In this document: in pieces, positions 31,313 through 40,830 of the stretch | How positions within the stretch are numbered: the stretch's first letter is position 1 | Layout of the letters: each line of letters opens with the position of its first letter | From: an uncultured Clostridia bacterium | GTDB lineage: Bacteria > Bacillota > Clostridia > TANB77 > CAG-508 | Assembly: GCA_944388605.1 (NCBI GenBank) | Contig: CALXJJ010000003.1 | Coordinates: 3,091-67,090, forward strand | Direction of reading: 5' to 3' | DNA: 64,000 bases | Notes under the pieces: model-generated | Told to the model about the DNA's origin: nothing | The model's input: the letters and a program-made list of their open reading frames with translations, nothing else | The model's database searches: none | Position numbers and translations under genes: made by a program

Positions 31313-32314
31313 ATGAAAAGTTATAAATTTGCTTTAGTAGGTGCAACTGGAATTGTTGGTCAAACAGCATGTAAAGTTTTAGAAGAAAAAAAACTGCCTA
31401 TTTCTAAATATGCCTTTTTTGCTTCTTCAAAATCTGTTGGTAAAACTATTCATTTCTTAGGTAATGAATACCATGTTGAAGAATTAACAGAACATTCTTT
31501 TGATGAAGGTTTTGATTTTGCTATTTTTTCAGCTGGTGCAGATATTGCTAGAAAATTTGCACCAATTGCTGTTTCAAAGGGATGTATTGTTATTGATAAC
31601 AGCAGTGCTTTTAGAATGGATCCTAATATACCTTTAGTAGTTCCAGAAGTTAATTCTAATGAATTAAAGAATCATAATGGAATTATAGCAAACCCAAATT
31701 GTTCTACAATACAAGCTGTTGTAGCATTAAAACCATTAGATGAAAAATATGATATAAAAAGAATTGTTTATTCTACATATCAAGCTGTATCTGGTGCTGG
31801 AAGTAAAGGAATTTTAGATTTAGAAAATGGTATAAAAAACTATCATAAACATAATGATTATTCACTACAAAAATTTCCTTACCCTATTTTTAATAACTGT
31901 CTTCCACATATAGATGTATTTATGGAAAATGGATATACAAAAGAAGAAGAAAAAATGATAAATGAAACAAGAAAAATATTAAATAAACCAGATTTGAAAA
32001 TTACAGCAACTACTGTTAGAGTTCCTGTTTCTAACTCTCATAGTGAATCTATAAATATTGAATTTAATAAAGATTTTGATTTGTCTGAATTGAAAGATAT
32101 TTTGAAAAATTCACCTGGTATTATATTACAAGATGATATGACCTCTAATATTTATCCACTAGCAATTAATGCAAGTGGTCATGATGAAGTATTTGTTGGT
32201 AGAATTCGAAAAGATTTTAGTGTTCCTTATGGAATCAACTTATGGGTGGTAGCAGACAATATAAGAAAAGGAGCTGCAACTAATGCTATCCAAATAATGC
32301 AAAATTTAATGTAA
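31313..32314 (+). CDS. asd: aspartate-semialdehyde dehydrogenase
   Basis: MKSYKFALVGATGIVG Rossmann N-terminus. Active-site Cys region IANPNCSTIQ. Confidence 0.95.
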   Translation: MKSYKFALVGATGIVGQTACKVLEEKKLPISKYAFFASSKSVGKTIHFLGNEYHVEELTEHSFDEGFDFAIFSAGADIARKFAPIAVSKGCIVIDNSSAFRMDPNIPLVVPEVNSNELKNHNGIIANPNCSTIQAVVALKPLDEKYDIKRIVYSTYQAVSGAGSKGILDLENGIKNYHKHNDYSLQKFPYPIFNNCLPHIDVFMENGYTKEEEKMINETRKILNKPDLKITATTVRVPVSNSHSESINIEFNKDFDLSELKDILKNSPGIILQDDMTSNIYPLAINASGHDEVFVGRIRKDFSVPYGINLWVVADNIRKGAATNAIQIMQNLM

Positions 32315-32404
32315 ATAGTATTCCATTTTTTGCATTTTTATCATATAATGTATGTAGAGAAATATAAATATATTTTCTAATTATCTTATTTTACGACAAC
32401 AATA

Positions 32405-32470
32405 GAGCAAATTGGAAAGTCTTAAAACTTGTACTAATTTTATTTTTACTCTTTGACTTTCCTATTGTAT
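32405..32470 (+). repeat. copy of short interspersed hairpin repeat in dapA leader
   Basis: gagcaaattggaaagtcttaaaacttgtactaatttta...ctttcctattgtatg. Confidence 0.45.
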
Positions 32471-32580
32471 GAAAAAATTATGTTGCAATTTTTCTGCTCA
32501 AAAATAACCTCTAATATTTTAATAATTTTAGAGGCTATTTTTGAAATTGTTTACATATGTCGGTAAAGGAATGATATTTT

Positions 32581-33468
32581 ATGACTAAAAAAATTTTATT
32601 TAAAGGATGTGGTACTGCCATCTCCACACCATTTACAAATGATGGCGTTAATTTTGAAGCTTTAGGAAAATTACTTGAAAATCAAATACAAAATAATGTA
32701 GATGCTATAATTGTATGTGGCACTACTGGAGAAGCTTCTACAATGACCACAAAAGAAAAACATGATACTATTAAATTTACTGTTGATACAGTTGCCAAAA
32801 GAGTTCCTGTTATTGCAGGAACAGGTGGAAATAATACTGCAAATGCAATCGAAATGTGTAAAATGGCTGAAGAGCTGGGAGTTGATGGACTTTTAATTGT
32901 AACTCCTTATTATAATAAAACAACTCAAAATGGTCTTATTGCCCATTATACTGAAATTGCAAAAAATACAACTCTGCCTATAATTATGTATAATGTTCCT
33001 AGTAGAACTGGAGTAAATATACTTCCAGAGACCTGTTTTGAATTATCTAAAATAGAAAATATAATAGCTATTAAAGAAGCAAGTGGTAATCTTTCTCAAG
33101 TAGCAAAAATAGCTTCTTTATGTAAAGAAAATCTTTGCATTTATTCAGGTAATGATGATCAAATATTACCTTTATTATCACTTGGAGGATATGGTGTAAT
33201 ATCTGTTCTTTCTAATATTGCTCCAAAATATACTCATGATATGGTACAAAATTTTTTAGATAATAATATAGAAAAAGCAAAAGAAATGCAATTAAATTGT
33301 TTAAATTTAGTTGATGCTTTGTTTTGTGAAGTAAACCCTATTCCTGTTAAAGAAGCTTTAAATATATTGGGATATAATTATGGAACTCCAAGACTTCCTT
33401 TAATTGAACTTTCTGAAAAAGGTAAAAACAAACTAATATCAGCTATGAAAGATTTTGGACTTATTTAA
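32581..33468 (+). CDS. dapA: 4-hydroxy-tetrahydrodipicolinate synthase
   Basis: TGE..TLT motif (CGTTGEASTMT). Schiff-base Lys region. Confidence 0.95.
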   Translation: MTKKILFKGCGTAISTPFTNDGVNFEALGKLLENQIQNNVDAIIVCGTTGEASTMTTKEKHDTIKFTVDTVAKRVPVIAGTGGNNTANAIEMCKMAEELGVDGLLIVTPYYNKTTQNGLIAHYTEIAKNTTLPIIMYNVPSRTGVNILPETCFELSKIENIIAIKEASGNLSQVAKIASLCKENLCIYSGNDDQILPLLSLGGYGVISVLSNIAPKYTHDMVQNFLDNNIEKAKEMQLNCLNLVDALFCEVNPIPVKEALNILGYNYGTPRLPLIELSEKGKNKLISAMKDFGLI

Positions 33469-33593
33469 TCTTTTCATCTATATATACAAAAAAATTAATA
33501 TTTTATGAATTTTATTTTATTTATGAAATTTTTATGCTATAATTTTTATATAAGCTTCACTAATGTTTTTAGTGATTAAAAAAGGGGTTTCTA

Positions 33594-34136
33594 ATGAAAA
33601 GTGTAGAAAAAAGAAAAGAACTTATTAATGATTTTGAAGAAATTATACAAGACTTAATAATAAATGAAAAAGTTCTAAAAATGCAAGAATTTAATCAACA
33701 TTATAATACAACGTGTTTTGAACATTGTCATAATGTTGCATTTTATTCATATATTATATGTCGCAAATTAAATTTAGATTATATATCTGCTTCACGTGCT
33801 GGTATGTTACATGACCTATTTTTATATAATTGGCGAAACAGTAGGAAAACAATACCTTTAGATGGATATCATGCTTTTGTTCATCCTAAAATTGCTTTAA
33901 AAAATGCAATGGATCAATTTAATTTAAATGAAAAAGAACAAGATATAATACTAAAACATATGTGGCCTCTAACAATACGTTTGCCTAGATACATAGAATC
34001 TTACATTGTTAGTTTCGTAGATAAATATTGTGCAATTTTAGAATCTCGTAATTATTATATTGAATGGCTTAGAAGCAAAAAAATATATAAGTATGCTTAT
34101 ATATTTCTTACAATGTTCTTTTTTAGAATTTTTTGA
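33594..34136 (+). CDS. HD-domain phosphohydrolase-like protein
   Basis: H..H...MLHDL motifs of HD superfamily. 180 aa. Sits between dapA and dapB. Confidence 0.65.
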   Translation: MKSVEKRKELINDFEEIIQDLIINEKVLKMQEFNQHYNTTCFEHCHNVAFYSYIICRKLNLDYISASRAGMLHDLFLYNWRNSRKTIPLDGYHAFVHPKIALKNAMDQFNLNEKEQDIILKHMWPLTIRLPRYIESYIVSFVDKYCAILESRNYYIEWLRSKKIYKYAYIFLTMFFFRIF

Positions 34137-34258
34137 TAATTTAGTAAAATTTGGCATGTGAACAATAAACGCGGGCTTTAAAATGTTATCAACAGAGAAA
34201 AAAATCTAAAAAGCCCGCTATTGTTTTTAATCTATATTTTATTTCTAGGAGGTATTAA

Positions 34259-35042
34259 ATTGATAAATATTTTAGTTAATGGTTGTAATGGCAAAATGGG
34301 ACAAGAAGTCGTTAAACAAATTGATAAAGTTGATGATATGAATTTGATTGGTGGTTTTGATAAAGAAAATACAGGAATTTTCACTTTCCCTGTATATACT
34401 TCTTGGGAAGAAGTATATAATGTTATATATAGCAAATGTAATAAATTTTCAGAAAAACCTGATGCTATTATAGATTTTTCAGTTCCAGTTGCTACTTTTG
34501 CTATGCTAGATTTTGCAAAAGAGCATAAAATCCCTGTAGTTATTGCTACAACTGGCTTCACAAATGACGAATTAAATAAAATAAAAAAATATAGTGAATA
34601 TATTCCTATATTTCGTTCTTCAAATATGTCTTTTGATATTAATTTGATGTGTAAAATTGTTTCTTGGATTGCTCCACTTCTAAGTGATACTGATATAGAA
34701 ATTACAGAAACTCATCATAACAGGAAAATAGATAGTCCAAGTGGAACAGCACTCATGTTAGCTGATAAGATTAATCAAGCTTTAAATAATAAATTACACT
34801 ATGAATTTAATAGGCATGATAAACGCTCGAAAAGAGATAAAAATGAAATTGGATTTTCTTCAATTAGAGGTGGCAATATTGTTGGTGAACATATTGTACA
34901 ATTCTTTGGTGAATATGAATCTTTTGAAATAAAACATACTTCTTATTCAAGAAATGTATTTGCAGAAGGTGCTTTAAAAGCTACTAAGTTCCTAATTAAT
35001 AAGCCATCTGGTTTATATAATATGGATGATATATTAAAATAA
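34259..35042 (+). CDS. dapB: 4-hydroxy-tetrahydrodipicolinate reductase
   Basis: INILVNGCNGKMGQ NAD(P)-binding N-terminus. TTG start after AGGAGG (track 34221). Confidence 0.9.
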
Positions 35043-35185
35043 TTACAAATTTAAAATCCTAAAAATTTGTAATTATTTTAACTTTTTCCTTTACTTTTTA
35101 GTTAACTTGCATGCAATGCTAAAATATATCTACTTTTATATAATAGAGAAGATTACTTTTCTATTATATAATTATTTTGTATTTT

Positions 35186-35596
35186 TTAAAATATATTTTG
35201 TATTGTCAATGCTGTTTTATCTCTTATATGTTCTAATATAAATTTACATTTTTCTATTCCAGATATAGCTTGTTTATAATCTTTTACTTCTATATTTCCA
35301 TTTATAGCAACTATTTCTGTTTTAACTTTTTCCAATTCATCATGTTCTATATAATATGCCATTTTTTTATACATATCACTCCAATTATTATTAATCTCTT
35401 TCATAATTTCTTCTGCTTCATAATTTTCTTCCTCTTCTTCTTTATTTATTAAATATTGCTTTAAATCTTCAATATTTTTATTCAATACTTCTACACATTT
35501 CTTTGTATAGTTTTGAGTTACAATATTACCTATAACTACTAATCCTACTATTAATATCGTAATTACAATTTCTTTTTTAAAAGTACTTTTCATCAT
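35186..35596 (-). CDS. DUF4363-like membrane-anchored protein (partner of DUF421)
   Basis: N-terminal TM, Glu-rich coiled region. Start trimmed to MMKSTFKK after AAGGAG. Confidence 0.45.
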   Translation of the reverse strand: MMKSTFKKEIVITILIVGLVVIGNIVTQNYTKKCVEVLNKNIEDLKQYLINKEEEEENYEAEEIMKEINNNWSDMYKKMAYYIEHDELEKVKTEIVAINGNIEVKDYKQAISGIEKCKFILEHIRDKTALTIQNIF

Positions 35597-35603
35597 ATTC
35601 TCC

Positions 35604-36290
35604 TTACATTTCTTTTTCTTGGCAAAACATTTGCTTTTTTCCATCATAAGTTACAATAAGTGCCTTATCAGGAGTTATTTTAAATTTTGCGACTTGACTT
35701 CTTAACCATTCTTCATCTTTTCCTATTCTTTTTAAATTTTCATGCATAATTTTTCCATCTACTATTAAGTCATATGGTATTCCTTCATATTCTGGCATTA
35801 TATTTAAGTCTTCTGGAGTAACATTTCTTTTGTTTGGTTTTTGTATTACAGTTACCTGTCCACTAGTCTCCAATATAGCATATTCCACATCTCCTATATT
35901 AAATACATTATTTGTTCTTAATCTTTCTTGCAACTCATTTATTGTAAATCTTTCTTTTTTTAATTCATTTTCCTGAATTCTTCCTCTATATATTAATATA
36001 CTTGGTTTTCCACACATCATTTCTCTTATTCTTATACTTTTTAAATTAAAATATGAAATTAATAAATGCATTACTAATAATCCTAAAATTGCTATAATTC
36101 CATTTGATATAGGAATACCAGGATCAGACATCGGAATTGAAGCCAAATCTGCTATCATTATAGATATCGCAAGTTCAAACGGTTGTAACTGACCTATCTC
36201 TCTCTTCCCCATTAATCTCATTATAATTAAAACTAATATATATAATAAAATTGCTCTAAAAAAAGTTATTATCAAATACTTCATCTCCAT
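35604..36290 (-). CDS. DUF421 (YetF/YdfS-family) membrane protein
   Basis: N-terminal TM pair plus conserved C-terminal YetF-like domain. 228 aa. Confidence 0.65.
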   Translation of the reverse strand: MEMKYLIITFFRAILLYILVLIIMRLMGKREIGQLQPFELAISIMIADLASIPMSDPGIPISNGIIAILGLLVMHLLISYFNLKSIRIREMMCGKPSILIYRGRIQENELKKERFTINELQERLRTNNVFNIGDVEYAILETSGQVTVIQKPNKRNVTPEDLNIMPEYEGIPYDLIVDGKIMHENLKRIGKDEEWLRSQVAKFKITPDKALIVTYDGKKQMFCQEKEM

Positions 36291-36460
36291 TCAGCCTAGA
36301 TTTAATTTTACAAAAATTTACTTTTATTATATTTTGCCTTTTTTTTATAAATTTATTCAAAATAAGAATATTTTTTTTCAAATAGTTAATAATAAATATA
36401 GGAAAATTGCAAATTTTATTTTGCTTTATTTCCTATGGTTATTTAAAGGGAGGTATAAAT

Positions 36461-36835
36461 ATGACAGACAATCAAGCAAGTAGCCAATCAAAAGGTAAAA
36501 GTACAGTATTACAAATAGTAGGACGTTTAGTAGTTGCTGCTATTGTCCTTGGTATTACAGCTTTTTTTACACCTGGTTTCAGTATTAATAATCTTTGGTC
36601 TTTAGTAGCTGCAGCAATTGTTCTTTCTATTATAGATTACTTAATTGTAAAGTTTACAGGTTTACATGCAAGTAGCTTTGGAAAAGGATTCGTAGGATTT
36701 GTTCTTTCTGCAATCGTTTTATATGTTACTCAATTTTTTGTAGCTGGTTATTCTATATCTTGGATGGCTGCAATAATAGGCGCTTTAGTCTATGGTATTG
36801 TTGATTATTTCTTGCCAGGTGAACAACAGGTTTAA
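36461..36835 (+). CDS. DUF360/YvlD-family membrane protein (phage holin 4_2 superfamily)
   Basis: VGRLVVAAIVLGITAFFTPGFSIN pattern, 4 predicted TM. Start at MTDNQ after AAAGGGAGG. Confidence 0.6.
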   Translation: MTDNQASSQSKGKSTVLQIVGRLVVAAIVLGITAFFTPGFSINNLWSLVAAAIVLSIIDYLIVKFTGLHASSFGKGFVGFVLSAIVLYVTQFFVAGYSISWMAAIIGALVYGIVDYFLPGEQQV

Positions 36836-36982
36836 TTATAATAAATTGCCATAATGTATATATACACGTATTTCAAAACCTTGTTGTCTAAGAAAAAATA
36901 TAAGCTTTATTGCACACAAATTTAATCACTAAATCTGTGTGCAATAAAGCTTACATATTTAAAATTTAATATACAATACATT

Positions 36983-37687
36983 TTATTTTAAAATTGTTTT
37001 TTCATTTTCTTCGAACTGTATTATACATTTGTTATACACTCTTTTTTGTGCTGGTACAAAACCTTTTACAGATGTTAATGGATAAATCCAACTATATGGT
37101 CCTATAAATGTTCCTGGTATTAATGCACTATTTGCCCCAACTCTTGAATAATCTCCTAAAATACAGCCAAAGAAATCATCTCCAGTATCTATTCTTCTTC
37201 CATCTTGTAATTTTACAGTTATATTTTTTTGGTCAAATCTTCTATTTGCTGTAATTACTCCTGAACCTATTCTTGCACTTTTTCCAAGTATACTATCCCC
37301 TACAAATGCAAGTGATGCAACTTTTGATCCATTTTGCATAATAGAATTTTTTACTTCAGAATTAAATCCAACACTACATTTATTTCCTAAAATTGTCCCT
37401 GGTCTAATATAAGCTCCTGGTTTTATTTCACAATTTTCTCCTATATATACAGGTCCTTCTATTGTTGCACCATTATATATTTTGGTTCCTTTCCCAATAT
37501 AATAGTTTCCAATAAGAGTAACATTTCCTATTGCGTCTCCTCTATTTTCTTGACTTGTTACATTTTCTTCAATAAATTTTTTTGCATTCTTTTTTAAATC
37601 CCATACATTTTTTACATCTTTAGTTAATTTTTTAAAAATTTCGTTATCTTCATAATTACTAAAATAATAATCTAATCCTAATTCCAT
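36983..37687 (-). CDS. left-handed beta-helix (hexapeptide-repeat) acyl/acetyltransferase, GlmU C-domain-like
   Basis: Repeated [LIV]G..x.[IV] hexapeptides (IGKGTKIYNGATIEGPVYIGENCEIKPGAYI...). Confidence 0.7.
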   Translation of the reverse strand: MELGLDYYFSNYEDNEIFKKLTKDVKNVWDLKKNAKKFIEENVTSQENRGDAIGNVTLIGNYYIGKGTKIYNGATIEGPVYIGENCEIKPGAYIRPGTILGNKCSVGFNSEVKNSIMQNGSKVASLAFVGDSILGKSARIGSGVITANRRFDQKNITVKLQDGRRIDTGDDFFGCILGDYSRVGANSALIPGTFIGPYSWIYPLTSVKGFVPAQKRVYNKCIIQFEENEKTILK

Positions 37688-37720
37688 TACTTATCACATT
37701 CCTTTCATAAATGACAAATA

Positions 37721-38947
37721 TTATATTAGATTCCTTTTCATAAAATTATTATATAATTTTGTTGCTGTTTCTGGGCTGTCATTACCTTCTTTATTTTTGA
37801 TTGGAGCAAATTCATTTTCTCTTTTTACACGTAAAAGTGTCATATCTTCAAATTCTTCAAATGCATCAAATATAAAACTTTCAAATTTATATGCATTTGG
37901 TGTATCAGGTTTTATTAAATTTCCACTTTCATCTAAATACTCTGCTTTTTTATGTGCTACATGATATGGCATATTTTTATTTGCTATTTTTTCAAGTGCT
38001 TTTATATTAAATAAATGACTAATAATATTAGTATCTCCATATACGAAGTCTCCGTTTTCATCAACTTCTTCTGCTAGATCCTTTGGTGTTTCTGTATACT
38101 CAATTACTTTTGGTCTTCCATTTACTTTACAAAATACTCCAACTTTTTCATATGCATCTCTTTTTATTATTGATTTAGATGCAATAATATTTCCTTCTTC
38201 TATTGTAAGTCCAGTTAATAGTGGATCTATAAATTTTAATAAAACATTGTCTACTCCTCCTATAAAAATCCACTCTATTTCTCTTTTCCTCATATCTTCT
38301 AGAATTCCGTCTCTATCTAGTGACGCATATATACTTCCATTTCCATCAGAAGCTTCTTTTATTATTTTATGTTCATTTATAAGAAGTTTTCCATCATCTG
38401 ATATTAATGGCATTTCTCCTTGTTTAAAGAATTTAACTTTATCGCTTGGATATCCAAAGAAATTATGTATTTTTAAAAAATTTTCTGTTTCATCATTATT
38501 CTCTTTTGAAGTCATTATATACCACATAATTGTAGTACCATATTTCTCTTGTGCTTTTTTTAATTCATCTATTATTATTTCAAACAAATATTTTGGTCCA
38601 TTTACAGTATTTATTTTATATGTACCTTTTGGACCTGTATGCCCTAGTCTTGTTCCTTGCCCACCTGCCATAGTTATAACAGCATATTTATTTTGTTTAA
38701 TTATTTTCTCACCTATATCTTCTAATTCTTTAGTCTCTTTTTCTGAAAGCTTTTCTTTATTAGTATATGGCATATGTTCTATTATACTAGCTTCTAAGTT
38801 TTTCCTATTTTTCACACTATTATATAAATTAATTATTGTATCAAAGTCAAAACTTAATATTTGTTCTTCTAATTTTGGATTATTTTCTAAAAATTTTATA
38901 ATATGTTCTTGTTTATATCTTTTTAATAGTTCTTCTGCAACCAACAT
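37721..38947 (-). CDS. UDP-sugar (UDP-GlcNAc-type) pyrophosphorylase, eukaryote-like UDPGP family
   Basis: MAGGQGTRLGHTGPKGTY nucleotide-binding loop. 408 aa. Confidence 0.8.
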   Translation of the reverse strand: MLVAEELLKRYKQEHIIKFLENNPKLEEQILSFDFDTIINLYNSVKNRKNLEASIIEHMPYTNKEKLSEKETKELEDIGEKIIKQNKYAVITMAGGQGTRLGHTGPKGTYKINTVNGPKYLFEIIIDELKKAQEKYGTTIMWYIMTSKENNDETENFLKIHNFFGYPSDKVKFFKQGEMPLISDDGKLLINEHKIIKEASDGNGSIYASLDRDGILEDMRKREIEWIFIGGVDNVLLKFIDPLLTGLTIEEGNIIASKSIIKRDAYEKVGVFCKVNGRPKVIEYTETPKDLAEEVDENGDFVYGDTNIISHLFNIKALEKIANKNMPYHVAHKKAEYLDESGNLIKPDTPNAYKFESFIFDAFEEFEDMTLLRVKRENEFAPIKNKEGNDSPETATKLYNNFMKRNLI

Positions 38948-39182
38948 ATGTTTTCATCCTTTCTTCTTTATACTATGCTATTTTATCACAATGAGAAAAA
39001 TATATCAAGTTTTATTAGATTTTATGCATAAGTATTTTAAATTGTTAATATACATTAATAAAGTTTATTGTACAAACGTATTCTCAAACTTAGTTAGAAT
39101 TGGAGGTTTTTATAGTGTGAAAATAAAATAGAAATACTTAATAATTTTTTATAAGAGCTAAAAATCGCTCGAGGAGGTTAAA

Positions 39183-40664
39183 ATGGAGGAAAATTTAAAA
39201 TTATATCAAGATATAGCTAATCGTACTGATGGTGACATTTATGTTGGAGTTGTTGGTCCTGTCAGAACTGGTAAATCTACTTTTATTAAAAGATTCATGG
39301 ATTTATTAGTAATTCCTAATATTGACAATGAATTTAAAAAGCAAAGGGCTTTGGATGAATTACCTCAAAGTGCGTCAGGTAGAACAATAATGACAACAGA
39401 ACCTAAATTCATCCCTAATGAAGCTGTAGAAATTACAGTTGGTAATAATATAAAGTTAAAAACAAGAATGGTTGATTGTGTTGGATATTTAGTAAATAAT
39501 GCTATAGGATATTTAGAAAATGATATGCCTAGAATGGTAAAAACTCCTTGGTCAGATGAAGAAATTCCTTTTGAAAAAGCTGCTGAAATTGGCACTAAAA
39601 AAGTAATAGAAGAACATTCTACAATTGGAATTTTAATAACAACTGATGGTAGCATTACAGATATTCCTAGAGAAGATTACATAGAAGCTGAGGAAAGAGT
39701 TGTAAGAGAACTAAAAGAAATAAATAAACCTTTTATAATTCTATTAAATTCTAATAATCCTTCTTCTGAATATACAAGAGCATTATCAATAAAGTTGGAA
39801 GAAAAATATCAAACTTCAGTTATTGCTACTGATTGCTCTAATTTAACAATAGAAGATATCAATTCAATATTTTCTAAAATACTATATGAATTTCCTATTG
39901 AAAGAGTTAATATAAAATTACCAAAATGGGTTGATGCTCTTTCAAATGAGCATTGGTTGAAACAAGAAATATTTACAGAAATAAAAAATGCATTTAATGA
40001 TATTAAAATCTTAAAACAAGTAGATAATGCAATAGATCTATTGCAAAAAACAGAAGTTATTGAAAGATCTATATTAGATGAAATTATTTTAGGAAGTGGA
40101 TTTGTTAATATTTCTATAGAATTAATTGATACTTTATTCTATAAAGTATTAACAGAAATTTCTGGAGTTGAAGTAACTAATGAAGGAGATTTATTCTCTA
40201 CTATAACTTCTTTGGCACAAACTAAAAAAGAGTATGATAAAATATCATATGCATTAAATCAAGCAAAATCTGTAGGCTATGGAATTGTTACTCCTTCTAT
40301 GGATGAATTGATATTAGATGAACCAGAAATGGTAAAACAAGGAACTCGCTATGGAGTAAAATTAAAGGCTCGTGCTCCAAGTTTACACATTATTAAAGCA
40401 GATATTGAAACTGAAGTCTCTCCTATTGTAGGTTCAGAAAAGCAATCTGAAGAATTAGTTAATTATTTACTTTCTGAGTTTGAAAGTGATCCTAAAAAGA
40501 TCTGGGAATCAAACATATTTGGAAAAAGTTTGCATGAATTAGTAAATGAAGGTCTTCAAAATAAATTATGTAAAATGCCAGAAGATGCACAATATAAATT
40601 GCAAGAAACATTAGAAAGAATTGTAAATGAAGGTAGTGGTGGCTTAATCTGTATAATACTTTAA
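39183..40664 (+). CDS. spoIVA: stage IV sporulation protein A (spore coat morphogenetic ATPase)
   Basis: MEENLKLYQDIANRTDGDIYVGVVGPVRTGKSTFIKRFMDLLVIPNI is nearly identical in pattern to B. subtilis SpoIVA. Confidence 0.95.
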   Translation: MEENLKLYQDIANRTDGDIYVGVVGPVRTGKSTFIKRFMDLLVIPNIDNEFKKQRALDELPQSASGRTIMTTEPKFIPNEAVEITVGNNIKLKTRMVDCVGYLVNNAIGYLENDMPRMVKTPWSDEEIPFEKAAEIGTKKVIEEHSTIGILITTDGSITDIPREDYIEAEERVVRELKEINKPFIILLNSNNPSSEYTRALSIKLEEKYQTSVIATDCSNLTIEDINSIFSKILYEFPIERVNIKLPKWVDALSNEHWLKQEIFTEIKNAFNDIKILKQVDNAIDLLQKTEVIERSILDEIILGSGFVNISIELIDTLFYKVLTEISGVEVTNEGDLFSTITSLAQTKKEYDKISYALNQAKSVGYGIVTPSMDELILDEPEMVKQGTRYGVKLKARAPSLHIIKADIETEVSPIVGSEKQSEELVNYLLSEFESDPKKIWESNIFGKSLHELVNEGLQNKLCKMPEDAQYKLQETLERIVNEGSGGLICIIL

Positions 40665-40830
40665 TCATTAAATTTCGCTCCTTAAATAACTTCTCACTAT
40701 TCTTATGGTTTAAGTTTTCTCTTTTAATTTTATAATAGTAAAATAAATCTCAATTTGCAAGATTTATTTTACTATTTTTGTATATTTTTTCTTTTTACGG
40801 GAAAAATTATTTTAAAAGGAGATTTATACT

